Origin: a virus
Lineage: Duplodnaviria; Caudoviricetes
Strand: one strand, 5' to 3'
Virus record (IMG/VR): IMGVR_UViG_3300032234_000392
Span: 99,264 to 163,263 of that record
Length of the DNA: 64,000 nt
The position numbers and the translations under genes are program-made. The notes below the pieces were generated by a model. It did not search any database and was not told where the DNA came from. It saw only the letters and a program-made list of their open reading frames with translations. Below, one piece after another: positions 1 to 9,933 of the stretch (its first letter is position 1; each line of letters starts with the position of its first letter).

Positions 1-75
1 CCAACTGTTAGCAGACTATATAGCTCAGCATGAATCAAAATATAAGGGCTACTTAAACGGAAAAAAAATATTCCC

Positions 76-570
76 ATGCATTACATAGGAAACTACAAAG
101 ACTGGATAAATCCAGACTGGCTAACAGAGATCAACAACCAGCCAGGCTATGGCCGCCCGAGAGATTGGCAGCCTGCGTTTGCTCACGAAGAAGTAGAATA
201 CATCAAGGCCGAACAAGCTGGATATAAATTAAACGATGTGCATTTCTGGTTATACGAAAAAAGCAATCTTTCGTTTGATCTAACACCTCCTTGGACTACT
301 GGAACAGTTCATTGGTGGTTTACTAAAATGTATCCAGGACAGTTTACACCTATGCATCAAGATCCGCATACAGTTGGAGAACAATGTAAACGCTACTGGA
401 TTCCAATGACTAACAGTGAACCCGGGCATGTGTTTTTGTACAAGGACACTGCTCTAACCAAATACAGTGCCGGCGATGTATTTGAGTATATCAACCCCAC
501 CGACCTACATGGGGCTGCTAACATTGGTCATACCGTAAGAATTATTCTACAAGTGACTGAATACTTATAA
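76..570 (+). CDS. 2OG-Fe(II) oxygenase-like (cupin-fold) protein
   Basis: PMHQD (HxD) motif and distal H (LHGAANIG); similar to ORFs at 4579 and 7127. Confidence 0.6.
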   Translation: MHYIGNYKDWINPDWLTEINNQPGYGRPRDWQPAFAHEEVEYIKAEQAGYKLNDVHFWLYEKSNLSFDLTPPWTTGTVHWWFTKMYPGQFTPMHQDPHTVGEQCKRYWIPMTNSEPGHVFLYKDTALTKYSAGDVFEYINPTDLHGAANIGHTVRIILQVTEYL

Positions 571-1827
571 CCAATCTCGATTGGTATGCCAGGTTGGCTT
601 TTTTAATTTAGAAATTTCAGTTAGTTTAATACCTTTAGCCTGCACAACTTCACCGTGCAGAGATTGCAAAGAATGAAATGCTCCGCCCGCTCGCATGTTA
701 ATTGCTACCATCGCATTAGGAGCGATGTCTTTGATATGCGTTAACAATTGATTTTCCTTAAACACACGATAGGCTAGGCTATAAAAACATGCAGTGCCTT
801 CGTATGAAAAAATATTAGACAAGTTGATTATTGTATGATCTAACAAAGACATATCTAAAAATCGTGTGAAGTCTACAGCTTCGCCTAATAGATCAATGTG
901 AACAAAACTATAATCAATGTTAGGCATTTTAGGTGCGTGTATTTTCCAATATTCTAAAGAATTTAGATTGTAATCATAGAACACAACTTTCATCGGTTCG
1001 TTGCTTAATAGAGATTGATGCCACAATCCACTAGCTGGAGTAATTACCTGTTTGATTGCAGTACCGGAAAGTTCCGCCGCCTTTTCAGTATTGTCTGTAT
1101 GTACAAAACTAGTGGCACAAATATTTTGTCGATGATAAATCCAACTGACATTTTTATTAAAGTCGTTTATGTATTCGGGATATAGATGTATTTTTGATTT
1201 TTTTATTTCTTCTGAAAAAGCTGTAATTTTTAAGTCAGCAGATAGATAGCAAGATAAAATATTCCAACCATGACATTTGTGATCGTAGTCTTTGATTACA
1301 GTACCTTTTGATATCCATAAAGGTGTGTAGTTGTCGTGAAAGTTTTCTAGACTTCTTGTAGGCGATATTTGTTGATGTGTGCATCCTAATTGTGTGTTGC
1401 CTATAGATGGACGTCCTTGATGATTGTATATTTCTAGATTAATATAATAACATTGACTATGTAGTTCGTAATAGGCATTGCCTCGATCTAGAATATGACC
1501 AGCTAGTGCAATATCAGTTGAAGTTAGTAATTCTATATGTTGAAAAAAATCATAGCCGTTGATAAATTCGGTGCCGGTAGAAAATACCACAGCAAATTCA
1601 TAACCTAAATCTGCTACATGATTTAATAGATCTTGTTCATCAAGTCCTTGATATAAATCATAGTGTTTGCCCAACACATTGCTTACGGTGTAGTCGGCTT
1701 GATTTTTAACAACTTCTCGTATCCAGTCCGTAGCAGCATCTACTGTTCGATCAACACAGCAAAATGCAATTCTTGATTGCGTGGTTGACTTAAATTCTAT
1801 TATATTGTTTAGCATAACTTCTTGCAA
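565..1827 (-). CDS. hypothetical protein of the modification cluster
   Basis: 420-aa ORF overlapping neighbours; no recognised motif. Confidence 0.6.
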   Translation of the reverse strand: MQEVMLNNIIEFKSTTQSRIAFCCVDRTVDAATDWIREVVKNQADYTVSNVLGKHYDLYQGLDEQDLLNHVADLGYEFAVVFSTGTEFINGYDFFQHIELLTSTDIALAGHILDRGNAYYELHSQCYYINLEIYNHQGRPSIGNTQLGCTHQQISPTRSLENFHDNYTPLWISKGTVIKDYDHKCHGWNILSCYLSADLKITAFSEEIKKSKIHLYPEYINDFNKNVSWIYHRQNICATSFVHTDNTEKAAELSGTAIKQVITPASGLWHQSLLSNEPMKVVFYDYNLNSLEYWKIHAPKMPNIDYSFVHIDLLGEAVDFTRFLDMSLLDHTIINLSNIFSYEGTACFYSLAYRVFKENQLLTHIKDIAPNAMVAINMRAGGAFHSLQSLHGEVVQAKGIKLTEISKLKKPTWHTNRDWL

Positions 1828-2533
1828 CTAACTCTGCAAATTCTTCTTTCTTAGATCCGTAGCCATAACTATGACCAATCACATGTATTCTGGGATCGTT
1901 AGAAAAGTTTATCACACTGTGATAATTTCTAATATTAACAATAAACGCACGACCTTCTTTGAAAGGCACAACTCCGTATCCTTCCAGCACCATGTGGCAG
2001 TCTTTAGGATGTACTACTGCTATGTTAACCGGCACCCCAAATTCTAGTGCATCGAAGTCCTGCTCACCTGGTAATCGACCTGGCATGTCACTGTGCGGAG
2101 TAATAGCACTATTAGATTCTAATTCCATAAATCGTATGCGCCTATAATCATCAGAAGGAAATTGATTCCAAAACTTTTTAATCACTGGTGTCTTATGTGA
2201 TAACTCTGTCCAATGATAAGGCACCGTGGTTTCGTCTGTATAACCGTATCCTGTCCATGCTCCAGTCTTACCAACATCAATGCCATGAATGCAACAACTG
2301 TTCCACCCTTGGCTTTCATCTTCTCTATGCTCAACAAAGTAAGGTATTGCCTGCTGAGCTTCTAACTGCCACCCAGCTAGATCGATGTCAAGGTCTAATT
2401 CTAACCAACCAAAGTTTGATTCGTTCAGCAACCAGCTGGCAATCTCTATAGCTGATCCCTCAGGTGCTTTTTCTAACTGCCAAGTGCAATCTTTATTTTT
2501 ATTGTAAAAATCTAAAGCCTGTTGTGATATCAT
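1790..2533 (-). CDS. aspartyl/asparaginyl beta-hydroxylase-like 2OG oxygenase
   Basis: RIRFMEL..ITPHSD (HxD), YHSVINFS..PRIHV pattern. Confidence 0.7.
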   Translation of the reverse strand: MISQQALDFYNKNKDCTWQLEKAPEGSAIEIASWLLNESNFGWLELDLDIDLAGWQLEAQQAIPYFVEHREDESQGWNSCCIHGIDVGKTGAWTGYGYTDETTVPYHWTELSHKTPVIKKFWNQFPSDDYRRIRFMELESNSAITPHSDMPGRLPGEQDFDALEFGVPVNIAVVHPKDCHMVLEGYGVVPFKEGRAFIVNIRNYHSVINFSNDPRIHVIGHSYGYGSKKEEFAELVARSYAKQYNRI

Positions 2534-3606
2534 GTGAGCAAGGCCTTTACAGTGTCTGCAACATACTTGACCTGTTGATCAGTTAGAGCCGGTCCTGAAG
2601 GCAAGTCGATGCCTCTAGACGAAACCAGTTCTGAGTTAGGCAATGATACATCATTGTTATAAAACGGATGATTGTTCATCAATGTGAAAATTGGTCTGGA
2701 TTCAATACCCTGTGTTTTTAACTGTTCTACCAGTTGAATATTATTATCAACCAACAGTTGGTAGCGCCAATACACACAGGTTTCGTTGGGTCTTTCTTTG
2801 AAAATACCCATACCTGCAAAATGCTGATCGTATAGTTTGGCCACTCTGCGACGACTGGCAATAAGTGTATCAATTTGTTCAAGTTGTGCCAATGCCACGG
2901 CTGCTGCTAAATTACTCATGCGATTGTTAAGTGCAAACACCACCCCACCAGCATTGTCAGGTGGCGGTGTTCTAAGATCAAAACAACGAGCAGCCAGCTG
3001 ATCGTCATTCACAGTGATAGCTCCGCCTTCGCCACTGCCAATAATTTTATTATGAAAACTATGGCAAGCAATAGTTCCCCATCCACCTACAGGTTTTCCT
3101 GCAACGGTCGCACCAAAACTTTCAGCAGCATCTTCAATAACTGGAATGTTTAGCGGATCAGTAATAGCCAGTAATGCAGGCATGTCGACTGCATAGCCAT
3201 ACAAATGCACAGCCATAACAGCTTTGGTTTTTGCAGTTATTTTTTTCTGTACATCGCACACATCCATGGTCAGACTGTTTGGTGCAGTATCACACCACAC
3301 TGGAATTGCCCCTACTGCTGATATTGCAAAGGTACTTGCACTCATAGTCAACGCCGGTACAATCACTTCGTCTCCCTTGCCCACACCTAATGCTTGTAAT
3401 GCTATGATCAGTGCATAGGTACCATTGACCACTGTAATGCCGTGTTTGGTTCCACAATAGGCAGCGATATCAGTTTCTAATTTGGACACAAACTCACCCT
3501 GCCACGATATCCAATTTGTATCAATACATTGATTGAGATATTTTCTTTCGTTGCCGTTGAGTAAAGGGGAATCTAATGGAATCATAATATACGCATATTT
3601 ATTCAC
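2530..3606 (-). CDS. DegT/DnrJ/EryC1/StrS PLP-dependent sugar aminotransferase
   Basis: NGTYAL, GDEVIVP, VHLYG, IEDAAESFG, SFHNKII-GEGG motifs. Confidence 0.92.
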   Translation of the reverse strand: MNKYAYIMIPLDSPLLNGNERKYLNQCIDTNWISWQGEFVSKLETDIAAYCGTKHGITVVNGTYALIIALQALGVGKGDEVIVPALTMSASTFAISAVGAIPVWCDTAPNSLTMDVCDVQKKITAKTKAVMAVHLYGYAVDMPALLAITDPLNIPVIEDAAESFGATVAGKPVGGWGTIACHSFHNKIIGSGEGGAITVNDDQLAARCFDLRTPPPDNAGGVVFALNNRMSNLAAAVALAQLEQIDTLIASRRRVAKLYDQHFAGMGIFKERPNETCVYWRYQLLVDNNIQLVEQLKTQGIESRPIFTLMNNHPFYNNDVSLPNSELVSSRGIDLPSGPALTDQQVKYVADTVKALLT

Positions 3607-3644
3607 TATGCGATGACCGTAAAAAATATAGCGTTAAATATGAT

Positions 3645-4625
3645 ATGAACAAAACAATATGTTCGGCATTTTGGAATCATACAAATATTAGAGGTGGAGA
3701 CCGAGTGTTTCCCTGCTGTAGATTCAAACAGCCCATACAGACCTTTGACGGCGATCTTGCGGCAGTCTTGCACAGTGCTGAGTATGACCGGCTAAGGCAA
3801 GACAGTGCCAACGGTGTGGCCATACCTCAATGCCAAAAGTGTTATATGGAAGAAGACCTTGGCAAGAAAAGTCTAAGGCAAGAATTCAATGAGCAGTATG
3901 GCACAGACACTATAGAGTTAAAATTTTTAGAAATTGGATTTGACAACATCTGCAATCTAACCTGTGATGGTTGTTGGGTTGAGTTCAGCAGTGCGTGGGG
4001 ACACAAGACCAATCCCGATGTTCCCAAAAAATTGCATGTCATGGACACCACTGAAATTACCCAAATTCCCGACTCAATAGAACGAGTGATATTTTTGGGT
4101 GGCGAGCCCTTGATGACCAATCGACATATTACATTCTTGAACAAGATCCAAGACCTCACTGCGGTATCAGTGATGTATTATACCAACGGAACATTTCTCC
4201 TAAAGCCCAACGAAATTCAAACACTCAAACAAACCAAACAAACACACTTTGTAGTCAGCATAGATGGCGTTGGCGAACTAAATGATCGTGTGCGTTCAGG
4301 TTCTAATTGGACAGATATTCTTGCGTTTTTGCAACAGCTACGATCGTTGGATTTCAAAATCAGCATACATTCAGTTATGCATCTAAACAATTGGCACGGA
4401 TTTGCAGAGTTAAGTGAATTTATAAATGCACAAAAGTTAGACTGGACTGTGGGACTATTGACTTATCCTGCTGATTTAAGTATAATAAACTTGAGTGCTG
4501 AGGACAAGCAACAGTTAATCAGCCAATTGAAAAAGTATGAAATACCAAATAAAAATTTCATACTTGAGTATTTAGAACATGAAAATAGATCAGACAGAAA
4601 AGTATATAAACTGGAACAAGTCTAA
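3645..4625 (+). CDS. radical SAM protein with N-terminal SPASM/twitch-like Cys domain
   Basis: CNLTCDGC (CxxxCxxC), GGEPL, YYTNGT, VSIDG; N-terminal PCC and CQKC. Confidence 0.88.
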   Translation: MNKTICSAFWNHTNIRGGDRVFPCCRFKQPIQTFDGDLAAVLHSAEYDRLRQDSANGVAIPQCQKCYMEEDLGKKSLRQEFNEQYGTDTIELKFLEIGFDNICNLTCDGCWVEFSSAWGHKTNPDVPKKLHVMDTTEITQIPDSIERVIFLGGEPLMTNRHITFLNKIQDLTAVSVMYYTNGTFLLKPNEIQTLKQTKQTHFVVSIDGVGELNDRVRSGSNWTDILAFLQQLRSLDFKISIHSVMHLNNWHGFAELSEFINAQKLDWTVGLLTYPADLSIINLSAEDKQQLISQLKKYEIPNKNFILEYLEHENRSDRKVYKLEQV

Positions 4626-5172
4626 AACAACAAGAAGCAGTCTAGTACCGGGTTGGAATCCCGACTTGATCGATGTACCTTGGACTGAAGTTATTCAAAC
4701 TGAAGAAGTTGTTGTAGGGGATCCGTGGGACATCTATACCACTGAACTAAAACATCAGCTGGCTGATCTTCATGCTGAATGGTCGATACCTCGTGAAAGT
4801 GTAAAACATTACATGAGCCTTAGACCACAACTAACTAATGGTCTAGAAACTGCCCTAGCACCTTTTGAAAAATATACGCACAACTACAGTCTGTTAAAGC
4901 TAACAGCTGGGCATATGATTGTGTGGCACTTTGACACCTACGCTACATTTGTCAAACACAACAACATATCGCAACAAGATGCAGATAAAATCAAACGATC
5001 TATTGTGATGCTGACTCCGTGGTCGTTTGGTCATGTACTGCAGATAGGTAGTGAAGTGATCAGTGGATGGAGTGTTGGAGATATAATTACTTGGTCAAGC
5101 GACACCTGGCACGGTGCTTGTAATTTTGGTCGAGACGATTTTACAATCATGCAGGTGACCTACATTGAATAA
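4579..5172 (+). CDS. 2OG-Fe(II) oxygenase-like protein
   Basis: WHFD (HxD), WHGACNFG. Confidence 0.6.
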   Translation: MKIDQTEKYINWNKSKTTRSSLVPGWNPDLIDVPWTEVIQTEEVVVGDPWDIYTTELKHQLADLHAEWSIPRESVKHYMSLRPQLTNGLETALAPFEKYTHNYSLLKLTAGHMIVWHFDTYATFVKHNNISQQDADKIKRSIVMLTPWSFGHVLQIGSEVISGWSVGDIITWSSDTWHGACNFGRDDFTIMQVTYIE

Positions 5173-6067
5173 CGTTAAAACAGTTAGTGCAGATAAAAGT
5201 ACCATGCCCTATGGTAGCTCCGGTGCTATACTAGATCCCCAGGCTATCGATCATCTAGCTAATTATAAACCCAACCTAGTTGAGGTATTAGATGATACTA
5301 ATATTGTAAAAGAATTTTGCAACAAGTATAAAAGTTGGATCGCTTCTACTAAACTCAACACATACATTGGCATTGACGATTTTAAGTTTGCCACATATTC
5401 AAATGCCACTAGCGAATCCTTTGACAAGTTTTATATCAAAAACAATAAACGCAGATTTAGATGCTTGCGTGGTGAATATGTCTATCATCAAGTGGCATGG
5501 CGAAACAGTTGGCCCGATTGGCGATTTATTGATGATGAACCATTAGCCGCAAATGATGCGGTGGTAATCAGCTATCCGTTTTCAGATACTGGATGCCGAC
5601 ATCAACGGCATGATGAAATACTAAAACGTTGTACAGAATTAGGCGTTCCTGTGCTAGTTGATTGTGTGTTTAGTGGAGTCAGCTACGATCTAGTATTTGA
5701 TCTGTCTTATCCCTGTATCACCGATGTGGTATTCAGTCTTTCAAAAATATTTCCAATTGCACACGCTAGGATAGGCATGCGTTTGACCAGAGAAGATGAT
5801 GACGACACCATGTTTGTCTATCAGAAGATATCCTACAACAACAGAATGGGTGCAGCACTGGGTATATATTTTATTGATAAATTTGACGTGGATTATGTAG
5901 TCGATAAATATCGTGCTACGCAATATGAGTTCTGCAAACAACTAAATGTCTGTCCAAGCAACACAGTATTTTTTGGTCTTGGCCTAGAGAACTGGCAAGA
6001 ATATAATCGCGGTAGTGCAACTAATAGATTAAGTTTTCATAAATTTTTACATCGAGGAGTTTTATAA
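5165..6067 (+). CDS. PLP-dependent transferase-like protein
   Basis: VLVDCVF and FSLSK..RIG resemble fold-type I PLP Asp and Lys motifs. Confidence 0.5.
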   Translation: MNNVKTVSADKSTMPYGSSGAILDPQAIDHLANYKPNLVEVLDDTNIVKEFCNKYKSWIASTKLNTYIGIDDFKFATYSNATSESFDKFYIKNNKRRFRCLRGEYVYHQVAWRNSWPDWRFIDDEPLAANDAVVISYPFSDTGCRHQRHDEILKRCTELGVPVLVDCVFSGVSYDLVFDLSYPCITDVVFSLSKIFPIAHARIGMRLTREDDDDTMFVYQKISYNNRMGAALGIYFIDKFDVDYVVDKYRATQYEFCKQLNVCPSNTVFFGLGLENWQEYNRGSATNRLSFHKFLHRGVL

Positions 6068-6068
6068 T

Positions 6069-7127
6069 ATGGCAGTGTGTTCGAATAACGATTGGGATCC
6101 TTTAGAGGAAATTATTGTAGGTATTGCTGAGAACGCACTATTACCTCCACTAAACAAAAGCACACATAGTTTTGTTTATGCTGGCGAGAAGTGGGAAGAC
6201 ATTCAACATCTGCAGGGCAATCACGAACAGTGGGTGTTGGATGAAGGACAGGAAGATCTTGATAGACTAGCAGATACACTAAAAGGACTAGGAGTTAAAG
6301 TTCATCGTCCTAAAGCATTGGATCATACCAAAGAGTTCAGCACACCAGAATGGAAGACCACTGGGTGGTATAACTTTTGTCCACGTGACTTGTTGTTGCC
6401 CTTAGATAATATGATTATCGATTGTCCAAGTCCTATGCGTTCTAGATATTTTGAAACTCGTGCCTACAACGATTATCTCTACGAGCAAATGAAAGACGGC
6501 ACACAATGGATATGTGCTCCTAAGCCCTTGCTAGAAGATAGTAGTTTTCAGTTAGAACATCTAGAAGATGCCACGCTATTGAATAATGAAATTGTATTTG
6601 ACGCACCCAATGTTGTGCGTATTGGTAAAGACCTATTATGTCAGGTCAGCAACAGTGGCAACAAGCTGGGATTTGAATGGCTTAATACTATTCTTGCACC
6701 CAAAGGTTATAGAATTCATCTTGCTGAAAAGATCTATAGTTATGCACATTTTGACTCCACAATCTTGCCATTGCGACCAGGCCTAGTATTGTTCAATGCT
6801 GACAGAGTCACACCAGACAACTATCCTAAGATTTTTGAATCCTGGGATAAAATTTGGTTTACAGGTGATAAACTGTCTGTGCCCACAGCCAACATGGCAG
6901 GCGGCATTGCTCCTTGCAGTCCGTATATCGGCCTAAACTTTTTAAGTGTTAACGAAAAGCTAGTTATCTGCGATATTGAACAAGAAGAACTGCGTCGTGA
7001 ATTAGGTAGATGGGGAATTGAAACTATTGGTCTTCCTTGCCGCCAAGCTCGTACAATGAGCGGTGGATTTCACTGTTCAACTCTAGATGTTAAGCGTACA
7101 GGCACACTACAGGACTATTTTAGCTGA
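6069..7127 (+). CDS. amidinotransferase (glycine/inosamine-phosphate amidinotransferase family)
   Basis: NDWDPLEEIIVG, CPRD, FDAPN, HFDST, GGFHCSTLD (catalytic Cys). Confidence 0.92.
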   Translation: MAVCSNNDWDPLEEIIVGIAENALLPPLNKSTHSFVYAGEKWEDIQHLQGNHEQWVLDEGQEDLDRLADTLKGLGVKVHRPKALDHTKEFSTPEWKTTGWYNFCPRDLLLPLDNMIIDCPSPMRSRYFETRAYNDYLYEQMKDGTQWICAPKPLLEDSSFQLEHLEDATLLNNEIVFDAPNVVRIGKDLLCQVSNSGNKLGFEWLNTILAPKGYRIHLAEKIYSYAHFDSTILPLRPGLVLFNADRVTPDNYPKIFESWDKIWFTGDKLSVPTANMAGGIAPCSPYIGLNFLSVNEKLVICDIEQEELRRELGRWGIETIGLPCRQARTMSGGFHCSTLDVKRTGTLQDYFS

Positions 7128-7624
7128 TGCATGGTCACATTGATCCACAGTGGAATATTCAAGATTATGTTAATTTAAAATATAATCGAGACACTGTCAG
7201 TCATGAATGTCTCACAACGTTTTTGAATGCAGGGCATAGTCGTGATCAAATGTGTTTGTACAATTACTTTGAACCAAACACTATGCCCGACTCAGTTGAT
7301 TATATTAAAAACAAATTTGATTTTTTAAAAAACTTAACTGCTGCAGTTAATCTGGTACTACCTGGACAGTACATGCCAGTGCATCAAGATCTATATCTAA
7401 AGTGGAAAACTGTACACAAAATCATTGATACAAAAAAAATTATGCGTGTTATTGTAATGTTAGAAAATAATGAAAATGGACAATTTTTACAAATTGAAAA
7501 AAACATTTATAATAATTGGCAGGCCGGAGACTGGTATTCATGGATCGGTGAGACCGATCATGCAGTATATAACTTTAGTGTCAAAAATAGATACGCAATA
7601 CAGTTAACAGGTCTGTTGTCATGA
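7127..7624 (+). CDS. 2OG-Fe(II) oxygenase-like protein
   Basis: PVHQD, DHAVYNFS..RYAIQLTG; similar to ORF at 76. Confidence 0.6.
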   Translation: MHGHIDPQWNIQDYVNLKYNRDTVSHECLTTFLNAGHSRDQMCLYNYFEPNTMPDSVDYIKNKFDFLKNLTAAVNLVLPGQYMPVHQDLYLKWKTVHKIIDTKKIMRVIVMLENNENGQFLQIEKNIYNNWQAGDWYSWIGETDHAVYNFSVKNRYAIQLTGLLS

Positions 7625-8805
7625 AAGCAGAATTTGTAAACTTTGAATTATGGTTTACATATGACGAAGAACACGATCAAGATAAGTTAGATCGATTGAA
7701 CATTGATTTAGTAATTGCTGATATCAAAGAAGCAATTGCAATTAAAAATGTTGATTGCATTATAGGACTATTATTAGTTGACGGATTTTTATACAAAGAC
7801 AACGATCGATTTTATTCAATACTAGAAAAAATTCACAATGAAGGTACTAGATTAGGTATTAAAAAGTTTTATCTAATGCCGGGCATGTGTTCAGACTATC
7901 AAAACGAGCTTGACAGTCGAGGATTACAATACAAAATATTAACTTGGGATTTTCCAGTTAATCAAATGTATCAAAGTTATAAAGATAAATTACACCTTGT
8001 ACACGATTGGAATCCAACAGCAGATAAATTTTTGTTTTTAGGAGGGGTACCGTCTAGGCCAAATCGCATAGGACTAATGAGTAAGTATTATGATGCAGGG
8101 TTATTAGAAAGAGCTGAATGGAGTTTTTTTCCGCCTTGGACTGACGAAGATCAAGAATGGTGTAGAGAACATCTTAAACATTATACTGACGAGCAATACA
8201 ATAAATTTTTAGGATACTGCGATCGAGCAGTTGACGACAAATATTCATTGTCAAAAGATTACTCGAGAGTGTCGGGTAAAGAAATGGCTGACAGAAATCT
8301 GCTTGATTCTCCTTGGATGAATGATTGTGGATGGATTGATCCTAATATATTTCATAGTACATCGATTAGTATAATATCAGAAGGCAGTTGTTATCCTCCT
8401 GCTACAGATTTTGAATTTTTAACTGAAAAGATTTGGCGAGCTGTAATCAATAACCATCCGTTTATTGTAGCAGATCATCCAGATAGATTTACCTTTATGA
8501 AACGTAGAGGACTGCGTACCTTTGAACAATATTTGCAAGATCCAGACTATGCGTATATTGAATCTGAAGAAATTAGATTAGATTCTGTTGTTGCAAATAC
8601 TCGCTATTTTTTAAACAACATTGCAGATCATGTAGAAAAAATAAATACTGATATAAATCATAATCGTACCGTAATGTTTGATATTCTTAATCGTGATCAA
8701 AAAATGATCGAATGGTTAAAGGCCGAATTAACTGTTGATCAAACAAGTATTGATCGATGGCTGCTTACGAAAGATTTTAAAACGTATATAAGGATACCAA
8801 AATGA
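7621..8805 (+). CDS. glycosyltransferase-like hypothetical protein
   Basis: RPNR and ISIISE..FLTEKIWR..HPFIV segments seen in phage glycosyltransferase-like proteins. Confidence 0.45.
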   Translation: MKAEFVNFELWFTYDEEHDQDKLDRLNIDLVIADIKEAIAIKNVDCIIGLLLVDGFLYKDNDRFYSILEKIHNEGTRLGIKKFYLMPGMCSDYQNELDSRGLQYKILTWDFPVNQMYQSYKDKLHLVHDWNPTADKFLFLGGVPSRPNRIGLMSKYYDAGLLERAEWSFFPPWTDEDQEWCREHLKHYTDEQYNKFLGYCDRAVDDKYSLSKDYSRVSGKEMADRNLLDSPWMNDCGWIDPNIFHSTSISIISEGSCYPPATDFEFLTEKIWRAVINNHPFIVADHPDRFTFMKRRGLRTFEQYLQDPDYAYIESEEIRLDSVVANTRYFLNNIADHVEKINTDINHNRTVMFDILNRDQKMIEWLKAELTVDQTSIDRWLLTKDFKTYIRIPK

Positions 8806-9359
8806 ACAAACAAATTTTAGAAGATTACAGAACAAAATATAATATCAATGCTGTAATAGATTTATTGTCTCAAAAAGGTCCTACAGTTATAAGTTCTTTC
8901 CCTGCAGAAACAAATTACATCAATAATTCTAATATAGATGTTCCAGTCGAAGCAAACAAAATATGTGATATGCGTACACTAACTATCTATGATGGTGATC
9001 ATCCAATCTCAGATAATTTAACAAGTTTCTTTAAAGAAGAATTAGATATATTAAAATTAATACCTAATTTAAAACGAGCAATTTATGTATTTGTTTCTCC
9101 CTCTAGTGTAGTTCCAAAACACGCAGACGACGACGATCCGTATTTTAGAATAGTATTTGGAGTCTTATCTCCGTCTGAAAATTTTAAAGACGTTGGGCTG
9201 TTAATTGAAAATGATGAGGTACATTTAGGCAACAAGGCTGTAATCGGAGTGAAATCAGATGTTGTGCATTGGGGATGGAATAATACCAATAAGTATTGGA
9301 GTGTACTTACTTTGTGTATAGAGGATGAAAAATTAGATGAATTACGCAAAGTATATTGA
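8802..9359 (+). CDS. aspartyl/asparaginyl beta-hydroxylase-like protein
   Basis: VPKHADD (HxD), VHWGWNNT. Confidence 0.6.
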   Translation: MNKQILEDYRTKYNINAVIDLLSQKGPTVISSFPAETNYINNSNIDVPVEANKICDMRTLTIYDGDHPISDNLTSFFKEELDILKLIPNLKRAIYVFVSPSSVVPKHADDDDPYFRIVFGVLSPSENFKDVGLLIENDEVHLGNKAVIGVKSDVVHWGWNNTNKYWSVLTLCIEDEKLDELRKVY

Positions 9360-9933
9360 TATTCCTCACTGGGAAATTCTTCGAGATCAATTAATTGATT
9401 TCAAGAACAATTATACTCCGTCAGATGCACTATGGTGGTGCCATTTTGAAGATGAAGTCAAAGAACATATCCCAGAGTTAATTACAGTATTTGAGTCTAT
9501 GGGACTACAGCTACACCAACTGATTTTTTTTACTAATCTTAAAAATGATCTAGATATGATTGATCATTCAAATCCGTCTAGTATGTTTATACATACAGAT
9601 AGACAAGATGATCCAGATTCTAAATTTGATGATGTTCCGGTGCTAACTGATTTTCCACCAACTAATGCTATTAATATCCCAATGAAATATTGTGATGGGT
9701 CGTTGACTTTATTTTATGAACTTATAGATAACACTGCAGAAGATGTCTATTACCCAACATACAACTGTGGCGGACACGAACATTCTAATGTCAAAGAAGT
9801 TTTTAGATTTGAGTTAAACAGTCCAGCGGTGTTGAGAATTAATGTGCCACATGCTGTTCATAATCCGCATAATGAACCCCGAGTCGTTGCTACTTTTAGA
9901 TTTTACAACGACATCGAGCATTTACTAAATTAA
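9337..9933 (+). CDS. 2OG-Fe(II)/cupin-like hypothetical protein
   Basis: IHTD, INVPHAVHN..RVVATFRF. Confidence 0.5.
   Translation: MNYAKYIDIPHWEILRDQLIDFKNNYTPSDALWWCHFEDEVKEHIPELITVFESMGLQLHQLIFFTNLKNDLDMIDHSNPSSMFIHTDRQDDPDSKFDDVPVLTDFPPTNAINIPMKYCDGSLTLFYELIDNTAEDVYYPTYNCGGHEHSNVKEVFRFELNSPAVLRINVPHAVHNPHNEPRVVATFRFYNDIEHLLN

Noticed and set aside
3645-4625. Radical SAM protein as PqqE partner of pqqA
   Set aside because: Domain order and context match phage modification-cluster radical SAMs; 42 kb from pqqA and no PqqD seen
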